From Rhizomicrobium sp. (lineage in GTDB: Bacteria; Pseudomonadota; Alphaproteobacteria; Micropepsales; Micropepsaceae): a DNA stretch of 64,000 bases. Shown here in pieces: positions 37,768-48,005 of this stretch (position 1 is its first letter; every line of letters starts with the position of its first letter). Location of the stretch: assembly GCA_035512055.1 (NCBI GenBank), contig DATKEP010000064.1, forward strand, positions 720 through 64,719, written 5' to 3'. The notes beneath the pieces were generated by a model. That model searched no databases. It was given only the letters and a program-made list of their open reading frames with translations, and was not told the origin of the DNA. The translations under genes were made by a program, and so were the position numbers.

Positions 37768-37959
37768 TCAGGGCGGTTTGCGGCGGGAAGCCTGGTATCC
37801 AGAAGCCCCCATCAGTGGAGAGGCTTTGGCTAATTCCCTGTAGCCCTCTGCGATGGCCGACCAGCTTTCCTTGAGGTGTTTGCCTTCGGATTGATTGGCT
37901 ATCGCATCGGCCTCTTTGGCCTTGGTCAGATACCATTCTGCCGTGTTGGTCTTGACCAC
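37768..37959 (-). CDS. Small hypothetical passenger protein (63 aa)
   Basis: Amphipathic helical AEWYLTKAKEADAIA...KESWSAIAEGYRELA; lies inside the IS. Confidence 0.55.
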   Translation of the reverse strand: MVKTNTAEWYLTKAKEADAIANQSEGKHLKESWSAIAEGYRELAKASPLMGASGYQASRRKPP

Positions 37960-37971
37960 AGGGGCGCCCGA

Positions 37972-38172
37972 TCACGTGTCCAGCGTCTTCAGCAATTTCT
38001 GCCGTCGGGCGATGATTTCTGCCGCCTCGATCCAAGCCGCATAAGCTTGTGTCTGCCCTCTTTCCTTGTACTTGAGCGCATATTTTCTGGCCTCGACTTC
38101 CGCTTCGATGCCGTATGTGGCGATCATGGACGTGGCCAGAGCCTTCGGGTCGTCGGTCAAATCGCCCCCCAA
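37972..38172 (-). CDS. Small hypothetical passenger protein (66 aa)
   Basis: ALATSMIATYGIEAEVEARKYA...YAAWIEAAEII; tandem with 37768-37959; start uncertain. Confidence 0.55.
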   Translation of the reverse strand: MGGDLTDDPKALATSMIATYGIEAEVEARKYALKYKERGQTQAYAAWIEAAEIIARRQKLLKTLDT

Positions 38173-38411
38173 TGTTTATGCCGTAATCCCCTATCTCTAC
38201 TGGTTCGCTACATCTTGCGACAATTACAAAAAGGAAAGGCCCAGAAGTCTCTCCAACTTCCGGGCCTTCCCATCGATATTCCCCCCAACGGGGTCTGCTG
38301 GGGAGGACCAAATGTTTATAGGAGCCGCATTAACAGGCTCATACCGTCCCGAATCAGAGGGAATTTGCCCCCTATTTGCAAAGTATATAATCGCCTACCT
38401 TGGGGTGATCC

Positions 38412-38426
38412 GAACATCCGTGGAAC
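38412..38426. promoter_or_regulatory. Alphaproteobacterial LexA box (GAAC-N7-GAAC)
   Basis: GAAC-atccgtg-GAAC upstream of recA. Confidence 0.75.
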
Positions 38427-38480
38427 AACATCTTGTATAATTATTACATATCAGCACGTTACTCAGTATCTTGCCAATGA

Positions 38481-38495
38481 GAACAAACAGTGTAC
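38481..38495. promoter_or_regulatory. LexA box variant (GAAC-N7-GTAC)
   Basis: GAAC-aaacagt-GTAC, 75 bp upstream of the recA ATG. Confidence 0.7.
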
Positions 38496-38569
38496 ATTCT
38501 TCCCATCACACCGATGCTGGATTCGCTTGGGGATCGGCGGGCGCTGTGGAATAACCGAGGGAGTTTGGC

Positions 38570-39649
38570 ATGTCACAGGCGGCTTTGCGGGTAGTGGGCA
38601 AGGAACAGAATAACGATCGCAAGCGCGCACTCGAGGCCGCGCTCAGCCAGATCGACCGGGCGTTCGGCAAGGGCTCAGTCATGAAGCTGGGCAGCCGTGA
38701 TCTTGGCCTGGCAACCGATGCGGTCTCCACCGGCTCGCTGGGGCTCGACATCGCTCTGGGCATTGGGGGGCTGCCACGCGGCCGCGTTGTCGAAATCTAC
38801 GGCCCGGAATCTTCGGGCAAGACCACCCTGGCCCTGCATGTGGTGGCGGAGATCCAGAAGAAAGGCGGCACCGCCGCCTATGTGGACGCCGAACATGCGC
38901 TCGACCCAGTCTATGCCAAGAAGCTGGGCGTGGATATTGACGAGTTGCTGATCTCCCAGCCGGACACCGGAGAACAGGCACTGGAGATCACCGACACGCT
39001 GGTGCGCTCCGGCGGTGTCGACATCGTGGTGGTGGATTCGGTTGCCGCGCTGACACCCAAGGCCGAACTCGAAGGCGAAATGGGCGATCAGCTGCCAGGT
39101 CTTCAGGCACGTCTGATGAGCCAGGCGCTGCGCAAGCTCACCGGTTCGATCTCCAAGTCCAACACCATCGTGATCTTCATCAACCAGATCCGCATGAAGA
39201 TCGGCGTCATGTTCGGCAATCCTGAAACCACCAGTGGCGGCAATGCCCTGAAATTCTATGCTTCCGTGCGACTCGATATCCGCCGTATCGGCGCCATCAA
39301 GGATCGCGACGAAGTGGTGGGCAACCAGACACGCGTGAAGGTGGTCAAGAACAAGGTGGCCCCGCCCTTCAAGCAGGTCGAGTTCGACATCATGTATGGC
39401 CATGGCGTGTCCAAAACCGGCGAGCTTATCGACTTGGGAGTGAAGGCTGGCATCGTTGAGAAGTCGGGCTCCTGGTACTCCTTCGACGGTTCGCGCATCG
39501 GCCAGGGCCGCGAGGCCGCCAAGACCTTCCTGGCCGAGAACACCGACATCGCCGACAAGATCGAAAATGCCATCCGCGCCAATGCCGGCCAGATCGGACA
39601 GAATCTGGTACTGGACGCCTCCGAAAAGGGCGAGGCGGAAGAAGAATAG
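38570..39649 (+). CDS. recA: Recombinase RecA
   Basis: [51 protein letters not shown]. Confidence 0.99.
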   Translation: MSQAALRVVGKEQNNDRKRALEAALSQIDRAFGKGSVMKLGSRDLGLATDAVSTGSLGLDIALGIGGLPRGRVVEIYGPESSGKTTLALHVVAEIQKKGGTAAYVDAEHALDPVYAKKLGVDIDELLISQPDTGEQALEITDTLVRSGGVDIVVVDSVAALTPKAELEGEMGDQLPGLQARLMSQALRKLTGSISKSNTIVIFINQIRMKIGVMFGNPETTSGGNALKFYASVRLDIRRIGAIKDRDEVVGNQTRVKVVKNKVAPPFKQVEFDIMYGHGVSKTGELIDLGVKAGIVEKSGSWYSFDGSRIGQGREAAKTFLAENTDIADKIENAIRANAGQIGQNLVLDASEKGEAEEE

Positions 39650-39743
39650 GGTCCTCGACTTATTGGCGTGGACTCCGGCTCGCGCCTAGCCAAGACCCAA
39701 AAGAACGTCGTTTCGGGGTTCGCAGCCCGACACGATTCCTCGG

Positions 39744-39787
39744 CAAGAGGCGTCGCCTGTGAATGGGCGGCGCCTCTTGTTTTTTTT
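39744..39787 (+). terminator. Intrinsic terminator after recA
   Basis: caagaggcgtcgcct / gggcggcgcctcttg stem plus T run. Confidence 0.75.
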
Positions 39788-39885
39788 GGAGAGAGAACGG
39801 GCAAAAACGAATGGTCGCTCTTCGCTTCCCTCATAAGGAAAGCCACGCGTGACAAGGTTTTTTAGAGCCGTTACAACCTGACTCC

Positions 39886-42555
39886 ATGAAAAGCCTCTCC
39901 GACGTCCGCTCAGGATTCCTCGAATTCTTCGCCGAACGGGGCCACGCCGTGGTCTCGTCCTCCCCGCTGGTGCCGCGCAACGATCCCACCCTCCTGTTCA
40001 CCAATGCGGGCATGGTCCAATTCAAGAACCTGTTCACGGGTGCCGAGAAGCGCCCCTACAGCCGAGCCACCACGGTACAGAAATGTGTCCGCGCCGGCGG
40101 CAAGCATAACGACCTGGACAATGTCGGATACACGGCCCGCCATCACACCTTCTTCGAGATGCTGGGCAATTTCTCCTTCGGCGATTATTTCAAGGACGAG
40201 GCCATCACCTTTGCCTGGGATTTTGTCACCAGGGTGATCGGGCTGCCCAAGGATCGCCTGCTGGTCACGATCTACAACACCGACGACCAGGCGCGTCAGC
40301 TCTGGAAGAAGATTGCAGGCCTGCCCGATGACAAGATCATCGGCCATCACTCCAATCTCTGGGCGATGGGCCCCACCGGTCCTTGCGGCTATTGCTCCGA
40401 AATCTTCTACGACCAGGGGCCCTCCGTCGCTGGCGGGCCGCCCGGCTCGCCGGACGAGGATGGCGACCGCTTCCTGGAATTCTGGAACCTGGTCTTCATG
40501 CAGTTTGAGCAGGTGGACGAGAACACCCGTCTCGACCTGCCCAAGCCCTCCATCGACACCGGCATGGGACTTGAGCGCATCGCCGCCATCCTGCAGGGTG
40601 TGACCAACAATTATGACGTGGACCTGTTCGGCCACCTGATTGCTGCCTCGGAATCGGCCAGCGGCGTGGCGAGCACCGGCGAGGCCACCTTCAGCCACCG
40701 CATCATTGCCGACCATCTGCGCGCCACCTCTTTCCTGATCGCCGATGGCGTGCTGCCGTCCAACGAGGGCCGCGGCTATGTGCTGCGCCGGATCATGCGC
40801 CGCGGCATGCGCCATGCGCATCTCCTGGGCACCAAGGATCCCTTGATGCACCGGCTGGTGCCGGCGCTGGTGGCCGAGATGGGCTCGGCCTATCCGGAAC
40901 TGCAGCGCAACGAAGCTCTGATCGCCGAAACGCTGAAGCTGGAGGAAATCCGCTTCCGCGAAACCCTTGCGCGCGGCCTCAAGCTTTTGGACGAAGCCAG
41001 TGTGGGCCTGAAGAAAGGCGACCGTCTCCAGGGCGAAGTCGCATTCAAGCTCTACGACACTTACGGCTTTCCGCTCGACCTGACGGAAGAGTCGCTGCGC
41101 GCCCGCGGCGTCAGCGTGGACACCGAGGGCTTCTCGGCCGCGATGCAAAAGCAGAAAGCCGAAGCCCGTGCGTCATGGGCCGGTTCCGGCGAAGCCACCA
41201 GCGAGGCACATTGGTTCGCGGTGCTGGACGAAGTCGGCCGCACGGAATTCCTGGGCTATGACACCGAGGAAGCCGAAGGCCAAGTCCTGGCCATCTTCAA
41301 GGATGGCGGCCGGGTGATGGCTGCCCAGACCGGCGAGGCGGTGGAGATCGTCACCAACCAGACGCCATTTTATGGCGAATCGGGCGGCCAGGCCGGCGAC
41401 GCCGGCCATATCACCTCGCCCAAAGCCAAGGGCCAGGTCACCGACACCCAGAAATGGCTAGGCGCGCTTCACGTCCACAGCGTGCGCGTGACCGAAGGCA
41501 GCTTCCTGCCGGGCGATGCGGTGGACCTGATTGTGGAGTCCGAACGCCGCCGCGCCACGCGTGCCAATCACAGCGCCACCCATTTGCTGCACGCCGCGCT
41601 GAAGCGCGTGCTGGGCAACCATGTCAGCCAGAAGGGTTCGCTGGTGAATGCGGAACGGCTGCGCTTCGACTTTTCCCATCCCAAGCCGGTGACGGCGGAC
41701 GAGTTGGAAAAGATCGAGGCCCAGGTCAATGCAGTGGTTCGCCAGAATTCCGACACCACCACGCGGCTGATGCCCACCAGCCAGGCCATTGCCGCCGGCG
41801 CGGAAGCGCTGTTCGGCGAAAAATATGGCGATGAAGTGCGCGTACTTTCGATGGGCTCTGATCTGGAAGCCGAGAAAGCCTATTCGGTCGAATTGTGCGG
41901 CGGCACCCATGTCCATCGCCTGGGCGATATCGGGCTTTTCACCATCGTCGCGGAAAGCGCGGTGGCGGCGGGTGTGCGCCGCATCGAGGCGCTGACATCC
42001 GAACATGCCCGCCGCTATCTCAGCGGTCAGGCGGGAATTGCACGCGAGGCAGCCTTTGCCATCAAGACGCCGATCGGGGAATTGGCGGGACGCGTGGCGC
42101 AGCTTTCTGATGAACGCCGGAAGCTGGAACGCGAACTGGCCGAAGCCAAAAAGCAGCTGGCGTTGAGCGCCGGCAATGTTTCGCAGGGGGTCGAGGTTTC
42201 CGGCGCGAGTCGCAGGGTTATCGGCGGTGTCGGTACGGACTTGCGCCTGGTTCAGGGCGTTGCGCCGAAAGACCTGAAGAGCCTGGCTGACGAGGCCAAG
42301 AAGCGCATTGGGTCGGGCGTGGTTGCTTTTGTGACCGCAGCCGATGGCAAGGCGTCAATTGTGGCAGGCGTCACAGATGACCTGACTTCGCGGATCAGCG
42401 CGGTCGATCTGGTGAAGGCGGCGGCGGAAGCCTTGGGCGGCAAGGGCGGCGGCGGGCGGCCCGACATGGCGCAGGCCGGCGGGCCGGACAATGGCAATCC
42501 GCACGTCGCGCTGGAGGCAATCGAGAAGAAGCTGGGTGAGCTGGCGCCGGTTTGA
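39886..42555 (+). CDS. alaS: Alanine--tRNA ligase
   Basis: [32 protein letters not shown], editing HSATHLLH and ELCGGTH, C-terminal [13 protein letters not shown]. Confidence 0.99.
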   Translation: MKSLSDVRSGFLEFFAERGHAVVSSSPLVPRNDPTLLFTNAGMVQFKNLFTGAEKRPYSRATTVQKCVRAGGKHNDLDNVGYTARHHTFFEMLGNFSFGDYFKDEAITFAWDFVTRVIGLPKDRLLVTIYNTDDQARQLWKKIAGLPDDKIIGHHSNLWAMGPTGPCGYCSEIFYDQGPSVAGGPPGSPDEDGDRFLEFWNLVFMQFEQVDENTRLDLPKPSIDTGMGLERIAAILQGVTNNYDVDLFGHLIAASESASGVASTGEATFSHRIIADHLRATSFLIADGVLPSNEGRGYVLRRIMRRGMRHAHLLGTKDPLMHRLVPALVAEMGSAYPELQRNEALIAETLKLEEIRFRETLARGLKLLDEASVGLKKGDRLQGEVAFKLYDTYGFPLDLTEESLRARGVSVDTEGFSAAMQKQKAEARASWAGSGEATSEAHWFAVLDEVGRTEFLGYDTEEAEGQVLAIFKDGGRVMAAQTGEAVEIVTNQTPFYGESGGQAGDAGHITSPKAKGQVTDTQKWLGALHVHSVRVTEGSFLPGDAVDLIVESERRRATRANHSATHLLHAALKRVLGNHVSQKGSLVNAERLRFDFSHPKPVTADELEKIEAQVNAVVRQNSDTTTRLMPTSQAIAAGAEALFGEKYGDEVRVLSMGSDLEAEKAYSVELCGGTHVHRLGDIGLFTIVAESAVAAGVRRIEALTSEHARRYLSGQAGIAREAAFAIKTPIGELAGRVAQLSDERRKLERELAEAKKQLALSAGNVSQGVEVSGASRRVIGGVGTDLRLVQGVAPKDLKSLADEAKKRIGSGVVAFVTAADGKASIVAGVTDDLTSRISAVDLVKAAAEALGGKGGGGRPDMAQAGGPDNGNPHVALEAIEKKLGELAPV

Positions 42556-42559
42556 CGGC

Positions 42560-42775
42560 CTAGGCAATAATATCTGGCAGCAGCCCGTTATTGATCTCGG
42601 TGATCTCGTCCTTCAGCTGAAGCTTGCGCTTCTTCAGCCGCGACAGCTGCAGCAGGTCGGGATTGGGCGCCTGCGACAGCGCCTCGATCGTCGAATCCAG
42701 GTCGCGATGTTCCTGCGTCAGCTGGGCGAGCTTGGCGCGGGCCGCAACTTCCTCGGGACCGACAACGCCCGTCAC
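42560..42775 (-). CDS. DUF465 / YdcH family coiled-coil protein
   Basis: EHRDLDSTI...DLLQLSRLKKRKLQLKDEI. Confidence 0.88.
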   Translation of the reverse strand: MTGVVGPEEVAARAKLAQLTQEHRDLDSTIEALSQAPNPDLLQLSRLKKRKLQLKDEITEINNGLLPDIIA

Positions 42776-43392
42776 TTATTCCCCTTCCGCCGGCCTTTCG
42801 CCAATTCCTCGCCCCAGCGTTTTACTTGCGGCCAATCATAGCCGAACAGATCCAGCGCCCGGCCCACCATCTGATCCACCAAATCCGTCAGGCCGCGCGG
42901 CTCGGCATAAAAGGCCGGCACTGGCGGCAACAGGATGGCGCCCATTTCGGCCAAGGACGTCATCGTGCGCAAGTGGCCCAGATGGAGTGGGGTTTCGCGC
43001 ACCATCAATACCAAAGGCCGGCGCTCCTTCAGCATCACATCGGCGGCGCGGGTCAAAAGGCTGGTAGTGACCCCGGTAGCTATCTCACTCATGGTGCGCA
43101 CCGAACAGGGTGCGACCAGCATGCCCTTGATCTTGAAGCTGCCGCTGGCGATGGGCGCCGCAATATCATGGATCGCATAGCTGTAATCGGCCTTTGCGGC
43201 GACCTGGCGGGATGTGAGCTTGGTTTCATAGCCAATGGTCATTTCCGCTGGCTTGGTCATCACCAGGTGCGATTCTATCCCCAGCTCGGCCAGGGCCTCC
43301 AGCGCGCGGATGCCATAAGCCACGCCGGAGGCGCCCGACAGGCCGATAACCAGCCGTTCTGATTTACTTTTCGGGTTCCGGTCCAGTTTCAT
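42772..43392 (-). CDS. ubiX: Flavin prenyltransferase UbiX
   Basis: GLSGASG, IASGS, APCS, RAADVMLKERR, RETPL, PPVPAFY. Confidence 0.95.
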   Translation of the reverse strand: MKLDRNPKSKSERLVIGLSGASGVAYGIRALEALAELGIESHLVMTKPAEMTIGYETKLTSRQVAAKADYSYAIHDIAAPIASGSFKIKGMLVAPCSVRTMSEIATGVTTSLLTRAADVMLKERRPLVLMVRETPLHLGHLRTMTSLAEMGAILLPPVPAFYAEPRGLTDLVDQMVGRALDLFGYDWPQVKRWGEELAKGRRKGNK

Positions 43393-43552
43393 GGCCCCCC
43401 GTTAGCACTTATTAAGACAAGGGCAAAGAGTTTCGGTTCCTATACTTTTTTGGGGGATGACAGGGACGGGGTTTGGTGCTTCACTTTTTTCGCCAGGCGC
43501 GGCGCCATGGGGCGCGCGTCAGCCGACCGAAGTCTAACGATGAGGTGCATGC

Positions 43553-43726
43553 ATGGCGCTGCAGGGACATATCCTTCACCTGTCCAACCAGCATAAAAAA
43601 ATACAGGACATTATCGAGGCCGAAATGGCCAACCCCGATTGGGATGAAATGCGGGTCGCCGCACTGAAAAAGCAAAAACTTCGAATCAAGGACGAGCTCG
43701 AGCGGCTGAGAGCAGCTGTCAACTGA
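43553..43726 (+). CDS. DUF465 / YdcH family small protein (57 aa, missing from the ORF track)
   Basis: MALQGHILHLSNQHKKIQDII...ALKKQKLRIKDELERL; GAGG upstream. Confidence 0.85.
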   Translation: MALQGHILHLSNQHKKIQDIIEAEMANPDWDEMRVAALKKQKLRIKDELERLRAAVN

Positions 43727-43780
43727 GCCTCCTTCTTCCCCGTGAGGCGGGCGCCTACCGGCGCCGCCCGCGGGGAATAG

Positions 43781-45442
43781 TTACAAGGTTTTCGCCCTGT
43801 CGCGCAAAACGAATTTCTGGATTTTGCCCGTCGAAGTCTTGGGCAGTTCGGAAAACACCACCGTGCGCGGCAGCTTGAATTTCGCGAGGCGCGAGCGCGC
43901 AAACTGGATGATTTCCGCTTCGGTGACCGCGGCGCCGGCGCGCAATTCCACGAATGCGCAAGGATGCTCGCCCCATTTGGCGTCGGGCCTGGCCACCACG
44001 GCCACAAAGAGAACGCCGGGGTGACGCGCAATGGCGTCCTCTACTTCGATTGAAGATATGTTTTCGCCGCCGGAAATGATGATGTCCTTGCTGCGGTCTT
44101 TGAGCTGGATATAGCCGTCCGGATACATCACGCCCAAATCACCGGAATGAAACCAGCCGCCTTTCAGCACCTCCTTGGTGGCCTTGGGATTCTTGAGATA
44201 GCCGCGCATGACGATATTGCCACGGAACATCACCTCGCCGATGGTCTTGCCATCGGCCGGCACCGGCTTGAGCGTCTTGGGGTCGAGTACGGCCAGCTCT
44301 TCCAGTGGCGCATAGCGCACGCCCTGTCGCGCCTTCTTGGCGGCACGGCCGCCGGCATCCAGTGCATCCCATTCTTCATGCCATTCATTGACCACGGCCG
44401 GGCCATAGACTTCGGTCAGGCCGTAGACATGCACCACCTCGAAGCCAGCTTCCGCCATGGCCGCCAGCACGCTTTCCGGCGGCGGCGCGGCGGCGGCCAT
44501 GAAGCGCACCTTCTGCGGGAAGCTCTTGCGTTCTTCCGGCGCGGCATTGATCAACGTAGACATGACGATGGGCGCGCCGCACAGATGCGTCACTGCATGC
44601 CTGGCCAGGGCGTCGAAAATCGCCGGCGCACGCACCCAGCGCAGGCAGACATGCGTGCCCGCGACCGCCGACAGCGACCAGGGCATGCACCAGCCATTGC
44701 AGTGGAACATGGGCAGTGTCCACAGCAGCACGGGATGCTCGACCATGGTGCCGGCCAGCGCATTGCCGTAGCACATCAAGGCGGCGCCGCGATGATGATA
44801 GACCACGCCTTTGGGATCGCCGGTCGTGCCGGACGTATAGTTCAGCGCAATCGCGTCCCATTCGTCGCCGGGCATGACCCAGGCAAATTCCGGATCGCCG
44901 CCTTTGAGGAATTTCTCATAGTCTATGGAGCCAAGCCGGGCGCCGGTTTGCGGGAATTCCGGATCGTCATAGTCAATCACCAGCGGTTTTTTCTTGAGCT
45001 GCTTGAGCGCCGCGGCAACGGTTGCGGAGAATTCGCGGTCGGTGATCAGGATCTTGGCTCCGCCATGCTCCAGCATGAAGGCGATTGCGGCCGGATCGAG
45101 CCTTGTGTTCAACGCGTTCAGCACCGCGCCCAGCATCGGTACGCCATAATGGGCTTCCAGCATCGGCGGGGAGTTGGCCAGCATCACTGCCACCGTGTCC
45201 CCTTTGGCGATGCCCATTTGTGCGAGTGCGCAAGCCAGCCTGCGGCTCCTGGCGTAGAAGGTGGCGTAGTCGGTGCGCTGGCTGCCGTGGATGATGGCGG
45301 TATGTCGCGGAAATACCGTGGCCGCCCGTTCCAGGAAGGATAGCGGCGTCAGCGGCTGGTGGTTGGCTTGTGTCCGGTCCAGGCCGGTTTGATAGGCCTT
45401 GGCCTTTGTGACGGTTTTGCGTTTGGACTTTTTGGCGGCCAT
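43781..45442 (-). CDS. Acyl-CoA synthetase (AMP-binding, 3-methylthiopropionyl-CoA ligase-like clade)
   Basis: LTPLSFLERAA, NYTSGTTGDPKGV, LPMFHCNGW, YGLTEVYGP, GWFHSGD, KTSTGKIQK; start at ATG 45442. Confidence 0.93.
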   Translation of the reverse strand: MAAKKSKRKTVTKAKAYQTGLDRTQANHQPLTPLSFLERAATVFPRHTAIIHGSQRTDYATFYARSRRLACALAQMGIAKGDTVAVMLANSPPMLEAHYGVPMLGAVLNALNTRLDPAAIAFMLEHGGAKILITDREFSATVAAALKQLKKKPLVIDYDDPEFPQTGARLGSIDYEKFLKGGDPEFAWVMPGDEWDAIALNYTSGTTGDPKGVVYHHRGAALMCYGNALAGTMVEHPVLLWTLPMFHCNGWCMPWSLSAVAGTHVCLRWVRAPAIFDALARHAVTHLCGAPIVMSTLINAAPEERKSFPQKVRFMAAAAPPPESVLAAMAEAGFEVVHVYGLTEVYGPAVVNEWHEEWDALDAGGRAAKKARQGVRYAPLEELAVLDPKTLKPVPADGKTIGEVMFRGNIVMRGYLKNPKATKEVLKGGWFHSGDLGVMYPDGYIQLKDRSKDIIISGGENISSIEVEDAIARHPGVLFVAVVARPDAKWGEHPCAFVELRAGAAVTEAEIIQFARSRLAKFKLPRTVVFSELPKTSTGKIQKFVLRDRAKTL

Positions 45443-45519
45443 GGGCTTTTCGCACGCTAGAGAAACCAAGTTTGCGCGGCAAGTTTGGACGAATGTTGCC
45501 GCGATGATAGAAGCCCCGC

Positions 45520-46137
45520 ATGAGCACGCTCGACAAGCCCCAAGCAAAGCCGCGCGGCCTTCGCGCCGTCTATGCCTGGATGGTGCAGAACGCCAAGGGC
45601 CCGCATGCCTGGGCGGCGGTGGCCGTCTTTGCCTTCGCGGAGGCCAGCTTCTTCCCCATTCCCGCCGACGTGATGGTGTTGCCCATGATGTTGGCGGACC
45701 GTTCCCGCGTCTTCCGGCTGGGCGCCTGGGTCGCCTTCTGGTCGGTGGCCGGCGGCATGCTGGGTTATGCGATCGGCCACCTCTTTTGGCAAACGGCGGG
45801 GCTTTGGCTGATACACGCCCTGCATGTGCCGCTCGAGCGGGTCGAGGCGCTGAGGCTCAAATACACCCAGCACGCCTATTTTATCATGGTGCAGGGCGCG
45901 ACCCCCATCCCCTACAAGCTGGTGACCATTGCGAGCGGCCTGGCGGGCGTAAGCTTTCCACTTTTCATGCTCTATTCCGCCATCACCCGCAGCATCCGCT
46001 ACATCGTGATCGAGGCCATGCTGGTTCACTTCTTCGGCGAACGGGCACAGGCGCTGCTGGAGAAATATCTCGAGGCGGCGCTGGTCGTGTTTCTAGTTGT
46101 GCTGATTTTGGGCTTCGTCGCTCTTAAATACCTTTAG
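45520..46137 (+). CDS. YqaA / DedA (VTT domain) family membrane protein
   Basis: FAEASFFPIPADV, SVAGGMLGY, TPIPYKLVTIASG, RSIRY. Confidence 0.92.
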   Translation: MSTLDKPQAKPRGLRAVYAWMVQNAKGPHAWAAVAVFAFAEASFFPIPADVMVLPMMLADRSRVFRLGAWVAFWSVAGGMLGYAIGHLFWQTAGLWLIHALHVPLERVEALRLKYTQHAYFIMVQGATPIPYKLVTIASGLAGVSFPLFMLYSAITRSIRYIVIEAMLVHFFGERAQALLEKYLEAALVVFLVVLILGFVALKYL

Positions 46138-46163
46138 CGGCGCGCCTTTTTGCGTCGTGACGC

Positions 46164-46856
46164 TCAATCCTGCTCCAATTCGCTCGACGTCTTCCACTCA
46201 TCCGAAGCCGGCGCCCCTTCGCCCACAGCCGGAACAACTGGCGGCATGGCCAACGGATCGCCGGTGGTTTCGGCGATGGATTTCAGGGCTGCGCCTTTCT
46301 TGGCGGCGCGTTTTTGTGCACGCTCATGCTTGGCGGCGGCGCGGCTAACCGCCAGGTCTAGCTCCAGCTGCGAGCACAGACCCAGCGTCACCGGGTCCAC
46401 CGCCTTGATATTGGCGGCGTTCCAGTGCGAGCGCTCGCGGATCTTGGCAATGGTCGCCTTGGTCGTACCGATCAGCTTGATGATGTCGCTGTCGGTGAAT
46501 TCCGGATGATTGCGGATCAGCCAGTAAACCGCATCAGGCTTGTCCTGGCGCTTGGAAACCGGCGTATAGCGCGGGGCGCGCTTCAGACGCACATTCGGCA
46601 TCTTGTGCTTGGCGGGCGCCATCTTCAGGCGCTTGCGCGGGTCCTTTTCGGCGTCGGCGATCTGCTCGCGGGTGAGCTGTCCGGTGGCCACCGGGTCCTG
46701 GCCCTTGATGCCCTTGGCCACGTCTTCGTCGGCGATGCCTTTCACTTCCAGCGGATGCAGGCCGCAAAAGTCGGCGATCTGCTCGAAGGAGAGCGCGGTA
46801 TTGTCCACCAGCCATACGGCGGTGGCTTTGGGCATCAGGGGTTTCTGGTCGACCAT
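46164..46856 (-). CDS. DUF1013 family protein
   Basis: PLMPKATAVWLVDNTALSFEQIADFCGLHPLEV, RYTPVSKRQDKPDA. Confidence 0.92.
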   Translation of the reverse strand: MVDQKPLMPKATAVWLVDNTALSFEQIADFCGLHPLEVKGIADEDVAKGIKGQDPVATGQLTREQIADAEKDPRKRLKMAPAKHKMPNVRLKRAPRYTPVSKRQDKPDAVYWLIRNHPEFTDSDIIKLIGTTKATIAKIRERSHWNAANIKAVDPVTLGLCSQLELDLAVSRAAAKHERAQKRAAKKGAALKSIAETTGDPLAMPPVVPAVGEGAPASDEWKTSSELEQD

Positions 46857-46967
46857 GGTCTTCTCCCGTTGAGCGGGGGCCTTTTCCGGACCCGCCGCCC
46901 CTCGTCAGGCTAGTCCTTTCGAGGAATGCGGTCTTTTAGCCATCCCGCGGTCAGGGCGCAAAGACTT

Positions 46968-47945
46968 TCAAGCACATTGAAGCAAGATTTTGCCGGTATG
47001 ACCCTTTTGGGCCATGAATTCATGGGCTTTTTGGGCGTCGGCCAGGCGAAAGACCCGCTCCACGACCGGCCTGACCCGGGTCCCAGCCAGCGGCCAGACC
47101 TCCCGCAACAGCGTGTCGCGGATGGCGCGCTTCTGCTGCGCCGACCGCGCACGCAAGGTCGTGGCGGCAAGCGTAAGCCGCTTGATCAATACGGGCGCGA
47201 AATTGATTTCCGCCCTGGCGCCATCCTGATAGGCGATATTGACGATGCGGCCCCAGATGCTGGCGGCCTCGATGTTGCGTTGGATGTAGGAGCCACCGAC
47301 CATGTCGAGGATCACATCCACGCCCTCGCCCCTGGTTTCTTGCTTCACCACCGCGACGAAATCCTCGGCTCTGTAATTGATGGCGCGTGCCGCGCCGAAG
47401 GCCTTGCACATTTCGCATTTCCGATCGCTGCCGGCGGTGGTGAAGATGCGTGTGCCCCGCGCGGCAAAAATCTGGATGGCGAGGCTGCCGATGCCTGAGG
47501 TGCCGCCATGGATCAGAAGTGTCTCACCCGGCTGGAGCCTTCCGCTATCCATGATATTGGTCCATGCGGTGAAGGCTGCTTCGGGAAGACCTGCGGCATC
47601 CACGATCTCCACGCCTTGCGGCACCGCCAACAGTGAGCCGGTATCGGCCGTCGCGAACTCCGCATAACCACCGCCAGACAGAAGCGCACAGACCTTGTCG
47701 CCGATGCGCCAGCCGGTGACGGCTTGTCCCATCTCCACAATCGTGCCCGACACTTCCATGCCCAGAATGTCGGAGGCGCCCGGTGGCGGCGGATAGAGCC
47801 CGCGCCCCTGCAAGAGATCGGCATTGTTGAGACCGGCGCCTTCGACCGCGATCAGCACCTGTTCGGGGCCGGGCCTGGGCTTTTGTCTTTCGCCCAGGAC
47901 AAGCCGGTAGTCCCGTCCGGGGTTCTGTATCTCGATGACTCTCAT
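46968..47945 (-). CDS. NAD(P)H-quinone oxidoreductase, PIG3 family
   Basis: YPPPPGASDILGMEVSG, LLSGGGYAE, IHGGTSGIG, DMVGGSY, HTGKILL. Confidence 0.93.
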   Translation of the reverse strand: MRVIEIQNPGRDYRLVLGERQKPRPGPEQVLIAVEGAGLNNADLLQGRGLYPPPPGASDILGMEVSGTIVEMGQAVTGWRIGDKVCALLSGGGYAEFATADTGSLLAVPQGVEIVDAAGLPEAAFTAWTNIMDSGRLQPGETLLIHGGTSGIGSLAIQIFAARGTRIFTTAGSDRKCEMCKAFGAARAINYRAEDFVAVVKQETRGEGVDVILDMVGGSYIQRNIEAASIWGRIVNIAYQDGARAEINFAPVLIKRLTLAATTLRARSAQQKRAIRDTLLREVWPLAGTRVRPVVERVFRLADAQKAHEFMAQKGHTGKILLQCA

Positions 47946-48005
47946 GGCTTGCACGCATTTGCCGCGGGGCACACACTAACCTGGCAATGCATCAGGGCCA
48001 AAGTC

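Larger units (their letters stand above)
36837..38395 (+). mobile_element. Decayed IS1595-family element carrying small passenger ORFs
   Basis: Terminal inverted repeats ggtgattatatactt (36837-36851) / aagtatataatcgcc (38381-38395), 14/15 match; flanking 8-mers tagctcgg / taccttgg (6/8). Confidence 0.8.

Noticed and set aside
37876-38613. 245-aa and 124-aa + strand ORFs across the IS right end
   Set aside because: They run across the TIR and LexA boxes and overlap better-looking minus-strand ORFs; no domain signal
39695-39745. Possible fourth copy of the three-stem module after recA
   Set aside because: Has CGTCG and one hairpin but lacks the CAGRAG anchor and the CGT..ACG stem
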